A stretch of 63,595 nt of DNA, the filler included. It is 8 parts of 8 records of this genome, joined end to end, with 100 filler letters (N's around TTAATTAATTAA, not from the genome) between each part and the next. Parts side by side here need not be neighbours in the genome. Positions count along the whole stretch, not along the records: positions 57,489 to 63,595 come from SRR20825010_6817; 7 more parts are not named here. The stretch is one strand, 5' to 3'. This document shows positions 60,538 through 63,595 of this stretch, piece by piece. The notes under the pieces were generated by a model that ran no database searches, had not been told where the DNA came from, and worked only from the letters and a program-made list of their open reading frames with translations. Each line of letters opens with the position of its first letter. Within the stretch, counting starts at the first letter, position 1. A program made the position numbers and the translations under genes.

Positions 60538-61176
60538 ATGTCGATTGCCAAACCGCTCGCCGCCACACCCGTACGCGGCCTTCTTACCCTACTGGGGCTC
60601 TGCCTGATGCTGCCGTTGCTGTCGGCTTGCGGTTTCAACACCATCCCAACACGCGAGGAGCAGGCAAAAGCGGCCTGGAGTGAAGTGCTGAACCAGTATC
60701 AGCGCCGTGCCGACCTGATCCCCAATCTGGTCGAGACCGTAAAGGGCTATGCCGCTCAGGAACGCGAGGTGCTCGAAGGTGTTGTCGAAGCGCGCGCGAA
60801 AGCAACCCAGGTTCAGATTTCTGCTGATATGCTGACCGACCCGGAGGCCTTCAAGGCGTTTCAGGAAAGCCAGGCCGGCCTCTCCGGCGCGCTGTCGCGT
60901 CTTCTTGCGGTCGTCGAGAACTATCCGGATCTGAAATCGAGTCAGAACTTTCTCGCCCTACAGGCTCAACTCGAGGGTACGGAAAATCGCATTGCCGTTG
61001 CCCGGCGTGACTATATCGAGGCGGTGCGGCTCTACAACACGTCCTTGAAAACGCTGCCCTCCATGCTTTGGGCCATGTTCTGGTTCACAGGCAATGAACC
61101 CTATGAGACTTTCACCATCTCGGAAGAGAACATGGATGTGCCGTCTGTGAATTTCGGCACCAGCAGCGGCGGCTGA
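60538..61176 (+). CDS. lemA: LemA family lipoprotein
   Basis: LSACGFN, YQRRADLIPNLV, ENYPDLK and EGTENRI. Confidence 0.93.
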   Translation: MSIAKPLAATPVRGLLTLLGLCLMLPLLSACGFNTIPTREEQAKAAWSEVLNQYQRRADLIPNLVETVKGYAAQEREVLEGVVEARAKATQVQISADMLTDPEAFKAFQESQAGLSGALSRLLAVVENYPDLKSSQNFLALQAQLEGTENRIAVARRDYIEAVRLYNTSLKTLPSMLWAMFWFTGNEPYETFTISEENMDVPSVNFGTSSGG

Positions 61177-61189
61177 CGGAGACTGATCC

Positions 61190-62029
61190 ATGGGGGAGGC
61201 TGCCTCGCGGGCGCTGATCGCGTTTGGTCATCGCAACATCTGGCTCGCAATTGTGGCGGGATTGATCTGGGTCGTGGCGACGTCCCCAATCGCCGCTGCC
61301 GAATTGCCACGGCTCACCGGACGGGTGGTCGACAATGCAGGGATCATTGATGCAGCCACCGAAGCGGCGCTCGGTACGCGGCTAGAAGCTTTCGAGGAGA
61401 GATCGTCGGATCAGATCGTGGTTGCCACGATTCGAAGTCTGGATGGAGAGGCGCTGGAACCGTTTGCCAACCAACTGTTTCGCGCCTGGGGACTCGGGCA
61501 GGCGGGCGAGGACAATGGCGTCCTGCTTCTCGTAGCGCTTGATGACCGCAAGATGCGCATTGAAGTGGGGTACGGTCTTGAGGGAACGCTGACGGACCTC
61601 CATTCAAAACTCATAATCGAAAACACCATGGTGCCTGCATTTCGCGCCGGCGATTTTTCGGCTGGCATCAGTGGTGCGGTCGATGACATCATCATGGTTC
61701 TGGAAGGCAATGCAGCCGAACTCGAAGCGCGTGCCAGGCGCAGCCAACAGAGTGACGAGGGGCCTGCGTGGCCGGTCATACTGTTCTTTCTCGTCTGGGG
61801 TACGTTCTTTTTCGGTGGTTTCGCGATGGCGTTTCTACCGCCGATTTTTGGCCGCAAGATCGGGCCTGGACGTTACAAATGGCTCGGCATGACAGTGGAT
61901 TACACAAAGTCGCGTGGCGGTTCGTCCGGTGGAAGGTCATCGGGTGGCTGGTCTTCCGGTAGTGGTGGCGGCGGCTTTTCAGGCGGTGGCGGCTCGTCGG
62001 GCGGCGGCGGTGCTTCGGGGAGCTGGTAG
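61190..62029 (+). CDS. TPM domain protein (YgcG-like)
   Basis: GRVVDNA, DNGVLLLVA and RIEVGYGLEG; Gly/Ser tail ending GGASGSW. Confidence 0.92.
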   Translation: MGEAASRALIAFGHRNIWLAIVAGLIWVVATSPIAAAELPRLTGRVVDNAGIIDAATEAALGTRLEAFEERSSDQIVVATIRSLDGEALEPFANQLFRAWGLGQAGEDNGVLLLVALDDRKMRIEVGYGLEGTLTDLHSKLIIENTMVPAFRAGDFSAGISGAVDDIIMVLEGNAAELEARARRSQQSDEGPAWPVILFFLVWGTFFFGGFAMAFLPPIFGRKIGPGRYKWLGMTVDYTKSRGGSSGGRSSGGWSSGSGGGGFSGGGGSSGGGGASGSW

Positions 62030-62031
62030 AT

Positions 62032-62676
62032 ATGACACGACGCATCAGAAAGCTTTCAGACGCGGAACATGCGCGCATCGCCCGGGCAATCGGCGAAGCC
62101 GAGAAAGAGACATCGGGGGAGATATATTGTGTGCTTGCGCGTTCCAGTGATGCCTATCTCTATCCTGCCTGCCTGATGGTGGCGCTTGCCATCCTCGTTC
62201 TGGGGCCGTTCGTTGGCCTTGCTCTCAGGTATTGGTGGATATCAATCGATCCGGTGATTTTCGCTGTGGCTCAACTTGCCGCTTTCTGCGCTGCTGCAGG
62301 TCTGGTGACAGCGTTCGAGGGGCTGCGTGTCGCGCTGGTTCCCAAAGCGTTGAAATACCGGCGCGCACACGCCAACGCACAGAACCAGTTCCTGGCTCAT
62401 AACATTCATGTAACGCAAGGTCGGACCGGCGTTCTCATTTTCGTTTCATTGGCGGAGCGCTATGTGGAAATCGTGGCCGATTCCGAGATCGATGCTCGCG
62501 TTGAGCAGACAGTCTGGAACGAGGGTGTTGCGCTGATGCTGGAGCATGCACGGCGCGGAACGCTGGCAGACGGGTTCGTGGAAACGGTAGCATATGCAGG
62601 CGAGGTGCTTTCTATGCATTTTCCCGCCGGACGACGTAATTCCAATGAAATCATGGACCGTTTGACCGAAATCTGA
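62032..62676 (+). CDS. TPM domain membrane protein
   Basis: AEKETSGEI, TGVLIFVS and NEIMD. Confidence 0.88.
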   Translation: MTRRIRKLSDAEHARIARAIGEAEKETSGEIYCVLARSSDAYLYPACLMVALAILVLGPFVGLALRYWWISIDPVIFAVAQLAAFCAAAGLVTAFEGLRVALVPKALKYRRAHANAQNQFLAHNIHVTQGRTGVLIFVSLAERYVEIVADSEIDARVEQTVWNEGVALMLEHARRGTLADGFVETVAYAGEVLSMHFPAGRRNSNEIMDRLTEI

Positions 62677-62764
62677 GCACTTTTCGGCGATTTGTGTGTG
62701 ACTGCAAAGATGAGCGCTCTAATGCTTGCGCATGTCGACCCGACGCAGCTATGGTTAAGAGATC

Positions 62765-63271
62765 ATGAACACGCTGACGATCGACATCAGACGAGCAGAG
62801 CCGTACGACGCCGAGGCTATCGCCGAGGTCCATGACAGCGCGTGGCGCGGCGCCTATACCGGCATTATTCCCTATCAGGCACTTGGGCGCATGATCGGCC
62901 GTCGCGGGCCGCGCTGGTGGGCCAACGCGATACGCCGCTCCGCTACCGTTCTGGTGATCGAGATAGGCGGCGAGATTGCAGGCTATGCAACACTCGGGCG
63001 AAACCGTGCACGCGAACTCAGCCAGGAAGGCGAGATCTACGAGCTCTACCTACGGCCTGAATACCAGGGTGTCGGGCTTGGCCGCCGTCTCTTCCAGGCC
63101 GCGCGCGATATGCTCGAAGCCCATGGTCTCAAAGGGTTGGTTGTCTGGGCGCTGGAGGACAACGAACCGGCTCTAGCATTTTATTCGGGCGCAGGCGGTC
63201 GAGACATCGCCGAAGGCGTCGAGGTGTTTGAGCACCGGGCGTTGCGCAAGCTGGCTTTCGTCTGGGATTAA
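62765..63271 (+). CDS. GNAT family N-acetyltransferase
   Basis: LYLRPEYQGVGLG and N..ALAFY. Confidence 0.9.
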   Translation: MNTLTIDIRRAEPYDAEAIAEVHDSAWRGAYTGIIPYQALGRMIGRRGPRWWANAIRRSATVLVIEIGGEIAGYATLGRNRARELSQEGEIYELYLRPEYQGVGLGRRLFQAARDMLEAHGLKGLVVWALEDNEPALAFYSGAGGRDIAEGVEVFEHRALRKLAFVWD

Positions 63272-63297
63272 GGCCCGGCCTTCCGTTTCGGCGCATT

Positions 63298-63333
63298 TGT
63301 GTGTGCAACCAAATGTGTGTGTGTGCAACCAAA
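63298..63333. repeat. 16-bp direct repeat with 20-bp period
   Basis: TGTGTGTGCAACCAAA at 63298 and 63318. Confidence 0.85.
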
Positions 63334-63495
63334 GCGCCAAAACTTTCGCACTGCACCATTCGCTGCATTGCCATGCGGCTTTTGACGCGATAAAGCGGCA
63401 GCCATCCGTTTCCGGGCTGCTCCGGCTGGCTGACTCCACCGTCGCCATGCCGGTATCCGGCAGCCATAACTGTCAGAACAGAGGTTGCTTATCCC

Positions 63496-63595
63496 ATGCG
63501 CATAGACGCCATCTCCACCGGTGACAATCCGCCAGAAGACGTGAACGTCATCATCGAAGTGCCGGTCGGCGGCCAGCCGATCAAATACGAGATGG
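63496..63595 (+). CDS. ppa: Inorganic pyrophosphatase, N-terminus (runs off window)
   Basis: [33 protein letters not shown]. Confidence 0.9.
   Translation, partial: MRIDAISTGDNPPEDVNVIIEVPVGGQPIKYEM

Noticed and set aside
61914-62029. Gly/Ser low-complexity tract
   Set aside because: Standard tail of YgcG/TPM proteins in lemA operons.

Overview
This window is not one locus. It joins 8 unrelated contig fragments with 100-nt N spacers carrying the artificial all-frame stop linker TTAATTAATTAA (5816-5915, 16027-16126, 27422-27521, 34370-34469, 44767-44866, 50291-50390, 57389-57488). Segment 1 (Bacteroidota/Flavobacteriaceae-like): CusA/CzcA-TolC fusion efflux pump, its adaptor and a P-II-like gene start. 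Segment 2 (Flavobacteriaceae-like): dnaX, miaE, ppx, ppk1, sixA, CAP lipoprotein, pdxH, rnz, pyrB. Segment 3 (Bacteroidota): orphan sugar transferase, an expanded TonB/DUF4374/PepSY iron-uptake cluster and a truncated Gly-rich unknown protein. Segment 4: tRNA half, mce, rbfA, a LolC/E-type permease and an AT-rich hydrolase cluster. Segment 5: an Rrf2-tryptophan dioxygenase-cupin-RIC-hemerythrin-ferredoxin cluster, cydAB and a divergent copper-type TonB uptake module with a Cys-rich upstream ORF. Segment 6 (Alphaproteobacteria): tuf end, tRNA-Trp, secE, nusG, rplKAJL, rpoB. Segments 7-8 (Rhizobiales-like): aatA, GGDEF-EAL, EF-G paralogue, msrP, an AbcR-like sRNA, MFS, carbonic anhydrase, pdxY, lemA/TPM, GNAT, ppa. 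The best candidates for under-described biology are the TDO-containing Rrf2/RIC stress operon, the cydAB / copper-uptake divergon with its leader-like ORF, the A11 slippage site in dnaX and the expanded Xus-like iron cluster with its 5' hairpin. All family assignments come from motif recognition by eye; no searches were run.
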